From assembly GCA_030704615.1 (NCBI GenBank), contig CM060732.1, positions 35,278,001 through 35,342,000 on the forward strand: a stretch of 64,000 bases of DNA, written 5' to 3'. The notes under the pieces are model-generated. The model was not told the origin of the DNA, did no database searches, and saw only the letters and a program-made list of their open reading frames with translations. The position numbers and the translations under genes are program-made. Within the stretch, counting starts at the first letter, position 1. Every line of letters starts with the position of its first letter. Of the stretch, positions 48,936-61,636 are shown piece after piece. Source of the stretch: Takakia lepidozioides. Taxonomy: Eukaryota > Plantae > Bryophyta.

Positions 48936-51782
48936 TGGCTGAAGAGGTTGAACATGACAAGATTTTGCCCCACCTTCTTTCTAATCTGCAAAGTCAGCTA
49001 CAGACACCAAAGACAGGTACTTTCACACACCATGACTTGCAATGGAGGTCCCAATGGCACGGACAGATACCTGATGAGAACACAACTGAAAATTGCATAT
49101 ATTCCTTGGAATCGGGTGGCGGACTTCATTGCTGGTGAGTCCTCCCAGAAGGAAGCCCCATGCACGTTCCGCACTCATCGACAGAAAGGCACCCCTGCTG
49201 GGACTCTCCAGGCACCACGCATCAATAGTGCCATGAACATTACAAGGTATGAATTCAACTTGAGCATGCCATGATTCATGAAAAATGAAATGAATGTTGC
49301 CACTACACAGGTTTTGTCCAATCCCACTAGCCATGCACTTATGCTTTCATAAGAGCGGTTCTAAAAGGCCACTCATGTTTTTGGCGTAGGTATCACTGCG
49401 CCTATGGCCCACAAGACAATACCCTGAACACTGTGGAGGTAACAGAGGCTATGCGTGCGAAGAAATGGCGTGCAGGTCCACCAAAGAAAAGGGGGAGAAA
49501 GCCTACAGTGGGGCCAGCATCCACAGGAAAAAAAACCTAAACAAAAAAGGACTACAAACAACAAAACAGGAGAAGGCATCAAAAGAGGATGCATGTGCCG
49601 ATTTGCTGTCAAGCAATGCTACCTGGACCCTGCTATGGTAGAGATAATTTATTATGAGAAACAATATGTAAATGGAAGAGGTCAGATATGCCACGGACCT
49701 TCATGTCACTTGAACCGATGTGCAATGGCTCCCCATCTTAGCGATGACATGAAATCATGGATTTTGCACAATTTGCGTCTTGGGCTGAGCATAAACAAGA
49801 TAATGGCCAAGCACACCATGCGAGTGAAGGAGTTGATGGAACAAGGGATGGACGTCAGCCGTGACACTTTTCTCCTCTCCCATGACATACGGAATATTAC
49901 GAAGCTGTGCGATGAAAACACCCAAATGATGCACAGAGTGTCCGCATGTGGATGCATGAAAATATGGCTAGTGTTTTCTACTACCAAGAAGAAAAGAACC
50001 ACAGGGCTTGGACATCCAGTAACATCAAACTTGATCTTCCATTCGTTCTTGGCATACAGACAGTGTGGCAGCGAGATCAAATGTTGAAATTTGGCCATCA
50101 CCGAATTGTCGCATGCGACGCCACCTTCGGAACGAATGAGAAGAAGGTGGGATCTGTTTTTTTACTTCATTGCAATCGTTGAAGCCAGGTTTAAGGTGTA
50201 CTTGCCATACTACATCCCCACATCGTACAAATCTCATACTCATTGTTTTCTCCATACAAATTTGCCTCAATTGTTGTACATTGATTGTTGTTTATGTAGT
50301 ACCCGCTATACACCATGATGGTATTGGACGAGTGGTTGAATGGAATCCCAGTTGCATTCATCATCACAGCAAGATCAAAGGCAATCGATTTGGAGCCATA
50401 GATGTCCGCACTGAACGGGAAACTTCAGGCGAACCAGGCAGGATGGTGCCCACATGCTTTCATTGTTGATGATGCAGATGTTGAAATAAAAGCAATCAAG
50501 TGAATCCCGATTCGCAACTCTCTGGAATTTTTTGGTTTTTCTGCAAATCTCCATATTATAATGTTGTCACATGTCTTTCTATGTCAGGGCTGTGTGGGGG
50601 CAGTCTGCAGTTTTTCTATGCCTTTGGCATGTGAGGAGAGCATGGCAAAAGAATGCGGTGTTTAAGATCAAATATGCAGATTTGCGTGCATGTGTCATGC
50701 AAGATATGTCAAAAATCATGTATAGTGCTGCAAAAAGCGAGGGTGACGCAGGTGAAGCATGGGCAGTGTGCGAACTTGTGAATTTGCGTTTCAAGTATCC
50801 CACCGTAAGTGAATTTTGTGACTACTTGGAGCAGGAGTGCGTTCCCAAAGCTAAGATGTGAACAATGGGTTCTCGCAACATTCCACACGTAGGACAAGAC
50901 ACAAACGCCGCCATTGAAGCTTATCATGGCAATCTGAAGGCACAACTGAAATGCACAAAGAGCAAACTGGTCAGCAGACGAGTCGATTGGCTCATTTATG
51001 AACTCACAGGTGATTTGCTTATTCATTACTGGTATGCCAAAACATATGGTTTCATCCACAACAAGCGACTTGAAGGCTTTGTGTGCAACTCTATTTTGCT
51101 TGCCAAACAGATTCCCGATTGCAATGTAAACCTTCCGCAGACAGAAGGGGGCATCGCCACTGTCAAATGTATTTGGGATGAGGGGACCACATATACGGTT
51201 CACAATCCACAGTCCAACTGGGGATGTTGTGATTGTTGGCATGCCCGCAAAGGTAATATGTGTGCGCATCAGGTGAAGGTGTTGCAAATGTTGCACCCCA
51301 ACTTAGAAGATGGCACCATAGTCAAATTTTGTGGAAGCCTTATTGGGAGCAGTAGAGGTGGCCTTCATAGCTTGTTTGCACCACCTCAATCACCAGCTGA
51401 CATGCCTTCCAAAGCACCCATGCGTCCTACCCAAAACACATCACCATATTCCGCCCAGAAAAGTCCAGGACTGGAATTACTGCCATTAATATCCAATGAG
51501 TTCGAGTGGGTTCTAGACATGACAAGACATAATAGGGTCTTGCAGCAACATCTCCTTGCTATGGTTAGAGCAGCCAAAGGGAAAATTGTTGACTTGACGT
51601 GCAGCATGGACGAGGGTATTCATCATCCCCAAGAAGACCCCACTTTCACTGAGGTTGACGATGGAGCAACCAACTCCCTTGTGAGATGGAAAGATTTTCT
51701 GGAGGCGCCTGGTAGAAAGCGTCATGTGGCAAACCTGCCTGAACGGCATAATGCAGCAAAGAGACAATTGTACGCATCTTGA
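48936..51782 (+). pseudogene. MULE/SWIM transposase pseudogene
   Basis: IPWNRVADFIAGE, YHCAYGP, GCMCRFAVK, ACDATFGTN, FIVDDA, LCLWHVRRAW, TNAAIEAYH and SWIM CDC..CAH. Frameshifts near 49070 and 49910. In-frame stops at 50398-50400 and 50859-50861, likely former Trp codons. Confidence 0.88.
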
Positions 51783-52459
51783 TGCACATGGAGGTGGGGG
51801 GGGGAGTTCATCATGCTCCTAGTGTGCAATACCCTGTTTGTTATGCCAAGTAATAGATGGGGCCCTGGAGTTATTTGACCACAATGACATTGGTCCCAAC
51901 ATTTGCAATCCTAATGTTCCCATGACGTGCCATGCTTAATGTATATGTTTCGTTCTCAATGCTGTGACTTTGTCTTCCGAAACTGTGTGGATATGCATGC
52001 TACAATTACCATACATGTATGAAGTGGTTAGTGCTGAATCATGAAGGCGTGTTGATATGAAATTGCATGGATTCTGGACTGTGTTTGGTGTTAATTTTGC
52101 ATGTCATGGCATGTCTAATGTGTTCTTCCCACAGGGTGTTGCATTCATTTCATTCATTCATTCCATGCTCGTCATAAGCCTCAACAATGGATATTGCCTT
52201 GCAAACGTTGGCACATGCAACCACATTGCAAAAATAGCCAGGATACAAGACATAATTTGCCTCAACCATCCTGAAACCATGTACATTACATTGTTCCATA
52301 TGCATCCTACGTAGTGGTAGAGTGGCCACCTCGAAGGGTGGCCGATAGACGGCTGCTCACACGCATTTCAGCCAGGGAAACAGGGACATGCATACAATGC
52401 AATGTACATGAGAAGAGGAACCCTAAAACCTTTAATCCATATCAAGCATATGCATATTA

Positions 52460-52800
52460 CCATCCCGTATTCAGGCCGTCACCATTCATCCCATCTGGAA
52501 ATGCATAGGAATCATATGCATGTTATCATGTGATATTTCGTCGTCACCATTCATCCCATTCATCCCTATCCATGTTATCATCCGTATTCGACATCACCAT
52601 TCACCACATTCATCCCATCCATCTCAACCCTATCCATATTTCATCCATATTGCGCCATCACCATTCATCCAATTCAGCACATTCATATCATCCTATCCAT
52701 GTTATCATTCGTATTCGACATCGGCATTCATCCCATCCATTCCAACCCTATCCATGTTTCATCCATATTTCGTCGTCACCATTCATCCCATTCATCCCGT
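52460..52800. repeat. Degenerate tandem repeat (TCACCATTCATCCCA / CCTATCCATG units) between the two MULE genes
   Basis: Repeated CATTCATCCCAT, CCTATCCAT and GTATTCGACATC units. Confidence 0.8.
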
Positions 52801-52959
52801 GAGAAGAAAACTGTGGATGCACTGCATGAAGTGAAAAACTGTTGTGGGCACTCTATAGGGTAAGGGCATCCACCACTGTATAAGGGCATTCACCATTCCA
52901 CCAGGGTAAGGCCCCGATGTGAAAGATAACCGAGGCTCCAGCTCAATAGGATCCACAAC

Positions 52960-55900
52960 ATTCATGGACCCGATATATGAAAGTGAGCCCCGATCTCTGG
53001 TAGCGATCGGAGATAGTTCCCTGGCAGGAAGGGTAAGGCAAGGACCCTGGGCTTATGGGTGACACCATCAATGTGACCCCATTCAGGGGCAGTACTATCC
53101 CATGTTACATACCACTTCTTTTCACTGGACCTAGGAAGATTATGAGTATGCACTTACATTATAATGAAGGAACACATCAAAGCAAGATTTTCATGAGTTA
53201 CAACAGATTTGGCCTCCTCTGTTCTGTGTGCAGACTGCCATGTGCCAACCTACATACATTGATTGGCTCATTCATAAAACTTTACTTTGTAGAGTGAAAA
53301 AATAGAGTGTACATCATAATGCTCACAAATGTTGTAGACAATTTCCTAAAGGGGCAGAGAAGGCGGCCACCAACACCCTTGACATGAAAGGGATCATGCT
53401 ACAGTCTCATGTCCCTGCATAGAAGTCATCTCCCCTCCACTGTGGTCTTTCTTGTGTGCATTCGCCAACATGCGAGTCTTGTGGCATAGCCATGGAATAC
53501 ATCCGGGACAAGCTCATCTTTCACGACATAGTATGGTTGGCCATGGCAGGCGCTCTACACTTCGAGTGAAACAGTATGGCATATTTCCCTCTTCTTCATG
53601 ACAGCCTCATTCACCGGAAACCAATGTTCGTTCAGCTGCAGAAACAAACCCAGTGGACAAGGGTACAGTTTACTCAAAAGTAATGAGCATGTGAATAAGT
53701 GCAAGCCAGTAGGAAAGAGAACAAATGCAGATGAAAAGTGAGAAACGTACCGGCCCAGCACCTTCTGCTCGTGGTTGTACAAATGTTTGATTCAAGTAAG
53801 CATCTATGTAATGTGCCGTAAAGCAACCACACTCCAAAGTAGAGACCTGTTGGGGGACAGGGGGATACAACCACAGGTGGGGGGCAGTGGCGTTCTTTCA
53901 TTGGAGGCTCGGGGGTAGAAATCCTCTGGAAAGTGCCCAGAAACGTGCAAACAAAGGCTTCAGCATACTGTGAGTATGTGATCTTTTGACACTATTTAAA
54001 TGGAGGTACCGCTTCCCTTCCAGAATGACGGCACTCCAGTGTGATCTGCACATGACAATTGCAAACAGCGGCATTAGAACATGAATGCACTCATAACACT
54101 GAGAATACAACACCAATGTGTGATATAGGGTAGCATGCAGCAAAGTACGTATGCATATATAACAAGAAAAATCATGGCCTCCACCCCATCACACTGAAGG
54201 TAAGGAAAGCGTTCTTGCATCCACTGTAGAATAGAATGAGCGCCCGCACCAGATTCCTTGTAGTGGTCACGAAGGCATATCCAGGTAAAACTGTCAAGAA
54301 GACGTATCTTATTTCTTACATGGACGGGAAGGGACAGTAATTTCATTCGCAAATAGAAATCCATGACTCTGTCACTTGTCCACCCTTTGGGGTTAATCAG
54401 GAGATCTGCGTCGTCTAGTCTAAGGGCGATATTGGGGCCTACATAGTTCTGGAAAAACCAGACGTTTGATGTCTATTTTACTTCTGTACCAGCTGATATC
54501 CTGCAGACATACACCATCACGATACATGTCAAACGCATGCACAGTGGCAAGTAAAGTGCATAATGCAAAAGATTACCATTTGAACTCAACGAAAATAAGA
54601 CGATTGTTGACTCACAGCGCTTTTTTCAGCCCTTCGTGAAGCCTGCAATGACATACAACACGTTCATGTCAGAAAAAGTATGCCGACAAAGGGGTTGCCC
54701 AAGCAGAGGTAGGATATGTAGAATTGTCATATGCAAAAAGAGGGCATTCAGTACTAACGGGGATGTGTGTAAATGAGGAGGCTCCGACTCCATCTTCTCT
54801 TTTGTTCTGTGGATTGTGCGCCATGAAACAATATCCGCACACACACTCGTTGATGCTCCCATAGTGCCCACCTCACTGCCACGGACACCTGTCAATGTTG
54901 GCCAAGGCAGAGCTCTAGGTGAAGGAGCTCCGAGGGCGTTCCTTCCTCCAAAACCGAGCAAAGGGTTCGCATGCTGTACAAGGGGTCTTGACGACACCAT
55001 TCGTGTTACTGCAGGCACCATAACAGGCACAGCGAAGCGTTTGTCAGAAGGATCCCTAATGCCCAAGGGAGCGGGGTTGAGAAAACATGCATGTGTAGCG
55101 TTGTTGGGCGCATGCACTGCAGGCAAGTGCACCTGTTCAGTCACAACCTCACTTGAATGCAATTCGATTTCCATTTGAGTAAGAGCACCTAGTTCAGTGG
55201 CATTAATGCCAAGGAGGGTAAGGTCTGTGGCGGCGGTGTCATGGTTACACAGACGACCGTCATGTACCTGGTTGGGTTTCGCTGCATCATCGGCCCCAAT
55301 GCGTTCATGTGTAAGCTTCCCTTCCACTCCAGGTGTGGGCTCAGCGTCTTGCAACAGCTCTGTTGGTGACCCGAACATCGGAGAAGTAGGCGTGACTGGA
55401 AGGGGCTGATTGTGAGCTCGTTGCACGACACCGCAATCTACTTCATGAGATGAGGGGGTGTTGTGACTTCACCATACTGGAAGTCAAAACCTTTCATTCG
55501 GGAATGATCGAGGTTGCGTCTAATATCCCCCACCCGCTGCACATCAGCAATTGTAGCCATGTACGCAGTCTGCAATGCTTCATTCCCATGGTCCACAACA
55601 CCTACAAAATGAACAAAACAAACAATGAGTATAATGGCTGTATGTAAACAATGCACGGCATGATGATGCAAGGCAAATGCATTCAGGCAAAGATGGGAAC
55701 AATATCACCTTCCGCGCTGAAAATCCAGCCCATGTCAATGTCTTCACGGTATTTCAGGGTATTCTGGAAGTTCCTGATTGCTTCATGTCTCTCAAAAAGG
55801 GTGCTTGTGTCAATACACCACAATGTGTCAAAACCCTTTGGATTGCAGATGGCAAAATCCCCCAAAGCTCTCCATCGAGTCATGTCTATGAATTCTTGCA

Positions 55901-57790
55901 TATCCTTGTTCACACCATCTGCCCGGCTCGGGTTGGAATGCAACAAGTCCTCCACGCATCTGTTCGTCTCATGCATCAGATTAACTGGCAGGTATACAAA
56001 CAAGCAGGGACCAACCAACAGGAAATTAGCTGACGCATGCTTGAGCATGGAATTGCCCTCTGGCATTCCAACAAGTTGAACCATGACATCATGCAACAGT
56101 GTGTTTGTCGATGAAGAAACTGCATCAGTGCTACTGGCATATGACATCCAGATTGTCCTCAACACCTGCAAAATCAGCGGGCATTTCATAGGGGGCCCTG
56201 CCTTGCGGTACGATGTAAAGACTTCTCGTAGGAGCTTCGATTCGTCATCCGAGTGTTTGAAGAAAGTGGGTAGGGTAGCAGGCACATTTCCCTTATGAAC
56301 AAAGAGGGGACCAACCCCACTAATGCGCTTCATTTTCACGATGCCAATTGGCATCCCAGGCAGCCAACTGCTCTTGAACATACTGGTTTCTGATGGACTC
56401 CAACTCAGCTTGTCTTGCTATTTCTTTGAATTCAAAGCTTGAGAGGGCAGACTTGTACTCATGATAGGATGTAATGGCACTGCACTCATTGTAGACAGCT
56501 CCATAGTCAAAGGCAACGCCAGGCTTCTTTGCCCAGATAGCCATGGTCTTGAAGACAACATCCTTCTCCTCCTCTGGTGCTGCATGCTGGTTCGTAGGGA
56601 AACAAGTACAAATACATTAATATAAACCATAACATTTTCAGCGATTATGTTGCATATCTGACCCCAAACATAAGCATGTGTGAGTGAAATGGAAATGGAA
56701 ATGAATATGTGCATGAAGTATTGTAGTGTGAATTCACCTGTCGATTGATCTACCAACGGCCATACACTGCAACCAAGTTACATTCAGCAAAGCCCTCCGC
56801 GTCAACAAGGTGCCTGAGGGACTGCTCGAATTGAGGATTTTCCATGCTTGGGAAGGGTACATGAAGCAATCCGTAGTTAAGAAGGGTGTGAAGGCCAGGA
56901 CACCAAACAGGTGCAGGTTTTTTTGGAACCTCCATGGATGAAGTTAGAGATTTTGACTTGTTGGTAAAATGTAAAATGGCATCCTCCCTGGAGCGAGGAA
57001 GTGGAGGATCAGGAGCCCGTGCCCCACTAACCACTTTGTTGCTTGCTAACGATTTGGATGCATGCAACTTCCTTGCCTTTGAACCCCCGGCTGGAGCCCC
57101 TTTCCCAGAGTTTTCAGGAGGAAGATTACCTGATGGCAATTTTTTTCCATTGCCTGCATGATGGGAGGAAAAACCCTTTCAAGTCTGCAAATGTAGAGCC
57201 CTCCTGCGTTTCGGCGGTTCATCAAATGTGTCATCATCGGAGTCATCTGGAAGCTGACCTGATGTGGGATGTGTCTGATAGGAAGCGTCGTCAGCGTCTT
57301 ATGACAAGTCCTGGACTACCTGAATTTGCGACCTCATGGACCTCCTTCCTGATTTCCGCTGGAGATGCTCCATTTCTTGGGACACGTCCGCCTGGGAGGC
57401 CTGGCCCTTCTTCCTATTTGTGGTTTTGCGAGGTGGCATATGTCCATGGCGCCTGAGGACATCTTCCATAATACCCTTCTGGCTTGGTTCAAAAATAGGG
57501 TACATTTTGAGGACACCTTCACCTTCCCGATGCTTCATACAACCATCCATCCTATGCAAGGTCAGTATTTTTTTATCGGCAAAAAACAGATCACAGTGTA
57601 TGCATCTGTATTGTCGTCTATTAGACGCACCAGGTTCATGGACCCTTGCCCTCGTGTAGGCCTCGCATATGAGGGACTCGAATTCATCAGTATCATATGT
57701 CTCGCGGTATTCCCTCCGGTTCTCTATCATTTTGCTCTCCTTCATCGTGAATGCGCAGTCTCCCAACAATTGCAGCGCCAGCGTGCAAAC
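52960..57790 (-). pseudogene. MULE accessory gene: C2HC Zn finger + unknown domain + Ulp1/C48 SUMO-protease domain (disrupted)
   Basis: YRCIHCDLFFADKKILTLHRMDGC near 57520-57620. C48 motifs MDFYLR, LLDSFTW, SHWSAVIL...LHLNS and VPQQVSTLECGCFTAHYI at 53790-54400. Several stops and frameshifts. Confidence 0.8.
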
Positions 57791-59539
57791 CTACACAGAC
57801 AATGCCTAGCATAAATCCACAGCAATGATACTTTTTTGAACCCTGAAATTGCATGCATGAGCATTGAACCCCCTAAAACCTTTAACAATGGAGTGCATGA
57901 GCCTAAACCCTAAACACCAAACAAAATGAAATGACTTCAGATAATATGAAATATCTCCGTATGGAGAGTGTTCATGGCCGCATATGTGCACGTCCCTGCA
58001 GCTTGCAACTAAGCTATGGAAACAACACTTTATCCGGGTCTGCTCTTTCAAATACCAAGCAAATGAAACATGCAATAAGTTGCCCTCACCTACAATTTTT
58101 GTAACACACAAAAGTAACAAGCGTCTTAACCTAAACTCCATATGAAACAAAGTGTTCACCTCAGCTTCATGTCAATGCTTGCATGAAGTGCCCATAAGTA
58201 CCAGACAGCCCCACTTTTGCAGTTTCCTAAGTACTGTAGTGAGAAAACGATATAGGAACGCAAGTAGTGTGCATTAAGGCTAGCACACACGTACTTCTCT
58301 AGTTCACTCATATACCACTGCTATTGCCCTGATTGATCTGTTCCCTCCTTTTCAGTATCCGTACTTCTGGAATGTCCCACATTTCTGAACCTATGCATAC
58401 AATATATGTGAAAGTACCCACAAAGAAGGGAACCTGCGAAGATGATTGGGTTTCGGTTGCTCGATGCAGAACTCTCTCACCCGCAAGGTAAATCCTGGGA
58501 GAAGGGCACAATGACAATCCGGATAACACAGAAGAGCAAGATTGAGGTTGTGGAGCGATAATAAGGACCTGCACGCAATTCAGATTTGGAGCGGAAGTGG
58601 TGCAACCATTGAAGACGGCCACAACATCCTGCTTCGTATGCCGATTCTCCATTCCTATCCACAAACTCGACCTGCATGACGGGACGCGGTACGCCAACGC
58701 CATCAAGCGCAACGATAGCGATATTTCGCGATGCCTGCCAACAACGCAACGTCCTGTCTCATCTGGTACGTCTATTCCACTTACCCTCATCATGTTACAT
58801 GCAATGCCATACCATGTATGCAATGGACGCAAGCATGTGGCATGGGGAGGATGAAGGCATGCAGGGGGGATGGGGAACGATGCCATGCATGAGGTGAGGA
58901 TGGGAGGCGGGATGGGGATGGGTGAGAGGACATGTGTCATGTCCTGGCAGAGGGTACATGAGGCTCGGGAGGGGCTGCCCGCGCAGTGGGCGGGGGTGGG
59001 CGGGGGGTCCACGCTGGCTGAACCGGCTCCCTCACATTCAACTCTAGGGCCCCATCTATTACTTGGCTGCCAGAATTAGCAGAGATAAGTACAGCAACTG
59101 CATGCTCAACTGCGACTTGTATTCACTGCTAACTGACTTGTAGGCCATAAGTCAGTTATGTACCAGTGTTGGGCGGTTACCCGCCTATGCAGAACCGGAA
59201 CCGGAATTGGGGATTGTGTGGGAACCGGAACCGGCGGTTCCAGCTACGACCACATGTGTGGGAACCGGGGTTTGGGGACTCTAAAGCGGTTCCGGTTCCG
59301 GTTCCACCCGTGGGCTGTAGCCCTAAGTGTCTCTACAACTCATCCAACTCGCTCTCTCTCGCATACATCTTGCTCGCTACTCCAGTCCAGGTAAGGTTCG
59401 TGTTCCGTGTCTCCATCTCCTACTTTATCTGTTTGATTTCTCTCTCGCTCTCATTTCATCTCCATCTCCCTTCTCTTTCCCTCTTAGGTTGATTGATTTA
59501 ATGTGTTGTTTGTTTCTTTTCTTCTCAGTTTATTGCACA

Positions 59540-61200
59540 AGAGGAGGCTGATCTCTCTTCTGCTGTTGTGGCAGGTGGTGGACACAAAGGGAGGGAGTGT
59601 GAGTAGGAGGGCCCCGCCAACCAGCCGTCGCTTGTTGTTGGTGAGCATCCACCATGTTCTTGTTTTTTTAAAAATTTTTGGTTCAGCGGAGCTAATGGGC
59701 CCCATGCTCTTGTATTGTGGTAAGTGGCGCATTGGAGGGAGGAAGTGCCAGCAGGAGGGCCCACGCAACCAGCCCCGTCGTCAACCAGCCCCTTGTTGGT
59801 AAGCATCCACCACTTTTGGTTATTTTACTGTTTTTAGCTTTAGTTCACCATGAAGCTAATCAGCCTCCTCCTTTTCTGCTATGGCATGTGGTGCAGGGAG
59901 GACGAGTAAGGAGGGCCCCACCTGCATCCAAGCCCCCTTGGTCCATGGTAATCATTGATCATCATTTATTTATTTATTTTTTTCCTGTTTTCTTTGATGA
60001 TATACCAAGGGGCTGATAGCCCCTTGCTCCTCTATGGTAGATTTTACATTGGAGGGAGCACAAGCAAGGAGGGCCCCGCCAACCAGCCCACAATACCCAC
60101 TGGTAAGTATCTTCTCTTTCTTTAAATTTTTTTAATTCTTGATACAATTGGGGGTTGATAAGATAGCCCCTTTGGCTTCTGTTATGGCAGATTCTGCATG
60201 AGAGGGAGGGAGCCCAAAGCAGGGAGGGACCTGCCAACCAGCCCCCACTACCCGCTTGTAACTCCCTTTCATTGAGCTTTATTTTTTTAGTTGTTTAAAT
60301 TTTTGTTAAAAGAGGGGCTGATTAGCCCATTGCTCTTGTGCTACGGCTGATCGTGCATGGGAGGGAAAGGAGGGCAAGTAGGAAGGCTGGCCAACCAGCC
60401 CCTCTTGCACCGCACATGTAAGCATCCCCCTTCATTTTTTTTTTCCATAAAATTGGTATAGCAAGGGCTGATTAGCCGTCACTAATGCAGATCACACACA
60501 AGAAGGAGGTCCAGTGCAAGTAAAAAAGCACGTCAACCAGCCCCTCTCATCTTGTAGTAAGCCCCCACCCTTTAGCTTAGTTTTTTAATGTTATTCTTTC
60601 CAATGTGTGGTACAACAAAAGGCTGATTCGCCCTTCCTCATAGTGATATGTTGCACTCAGGAAGGGAGCAGAAATATGAGGCCTCTTGACCCGCCAACCA
60701 GCCCCCATTACCCGCGTGTACTTCCCCTTCATTGTTCTTTATTTTCTTAATTATTTTAAGTTTGTGATATAAGAGGAGCTGATTAGCCCCTTGCTCTTTT
60801 GCTATTGTAGATCGTGCATGGGAGGGAAAGAGGGCCACTAGGGAGGCCTGCCAACCAGCCCCCGTTCCACCACACATATAAGCATGCCCCTAATTCAATG
60901 TTGCATATTTTTTTTTTCCCAGAAAATTGGCATAGCCAGGGGCTGCTCAGCCCCCTACTCTGTTGCTATGTAGATCACACACAAGAAGGAGGAGTGAGAG
61001 TTTAGAGCCCGCTAACCAGCCCCCTCATCCTATGGTAAGCCCCCACCCTTTAATAGCTTAGTTTTTTATTTTATTTTTTCCAATGTGTGGTACAACAGAG
61101 GGATGATTTGCTCCTCCTCTCATAGTGAAAGTTTGAACTCGGAAAGGGGAGCACAAATATCAAGAAGGCTTGACACAGCCCCTACCTCTTGTGGACAATC
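59540..61200. repeat. Degenerate ~120-bp tandem array (CAACCAGCCCC / GGGCTGATTAGCCC) inside the hAT element
   Basis: Roughly a dozen units, each with an AACCAGCCC-like core, a T-rich stretch and GGGGCTGA..AGCCCC. Confidence 0.8.
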
Positions 61201-61636
61201 ACCCCACTTTAAAGCTTCATAATTTTTAGTTATAACTCTTCATGTTGTGGTACAACAAAGAATAATTTATTTATATGTGGTGGGGGCATTGCAGATCATT
61301 TCCCAAGGCATGAAGTAGCCAAGCTGACCACTGAAGCATAAGACTGGTCCACCCCCAACTTGCTAGGTAGTTTTTGTAATTTGAAAATGTAAATGTACAT
61401 GTACTAGATAAAGAAAATAACGTATATCTAAATATAAGCCATGTATGTAACATTCAGCTCAATATGAAATAATAAATTGAGCAGTGCGGTGTCTCTCCCC
61501 ACACTTTCGTTTTGGCCAGCCATATACCATTCCAAACTTTTGTAAATATATGAGTTGTGCACAATTATTAAATGTTTTTTGGATTCTTTGTTTGCATTGT
61601 TTTTACACAGGAGTTGTTCCACAAGTTTTTTATGTC

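Larger units (their letters stand above)
48352..59067. mobile_element. Mutator-like element with Ulp1-type protease accessory gene (decayed)
   Basis: 9-bp TSD TGCCAGAAT at 48343-48351 and 59068-59076. Near-identical ~260-bp TIRs (48352-48612 / 58808-59067) beginning GCCAAGTAATAGATGGG. Transposase and protease genes are convergent. Confidence 0.95.
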
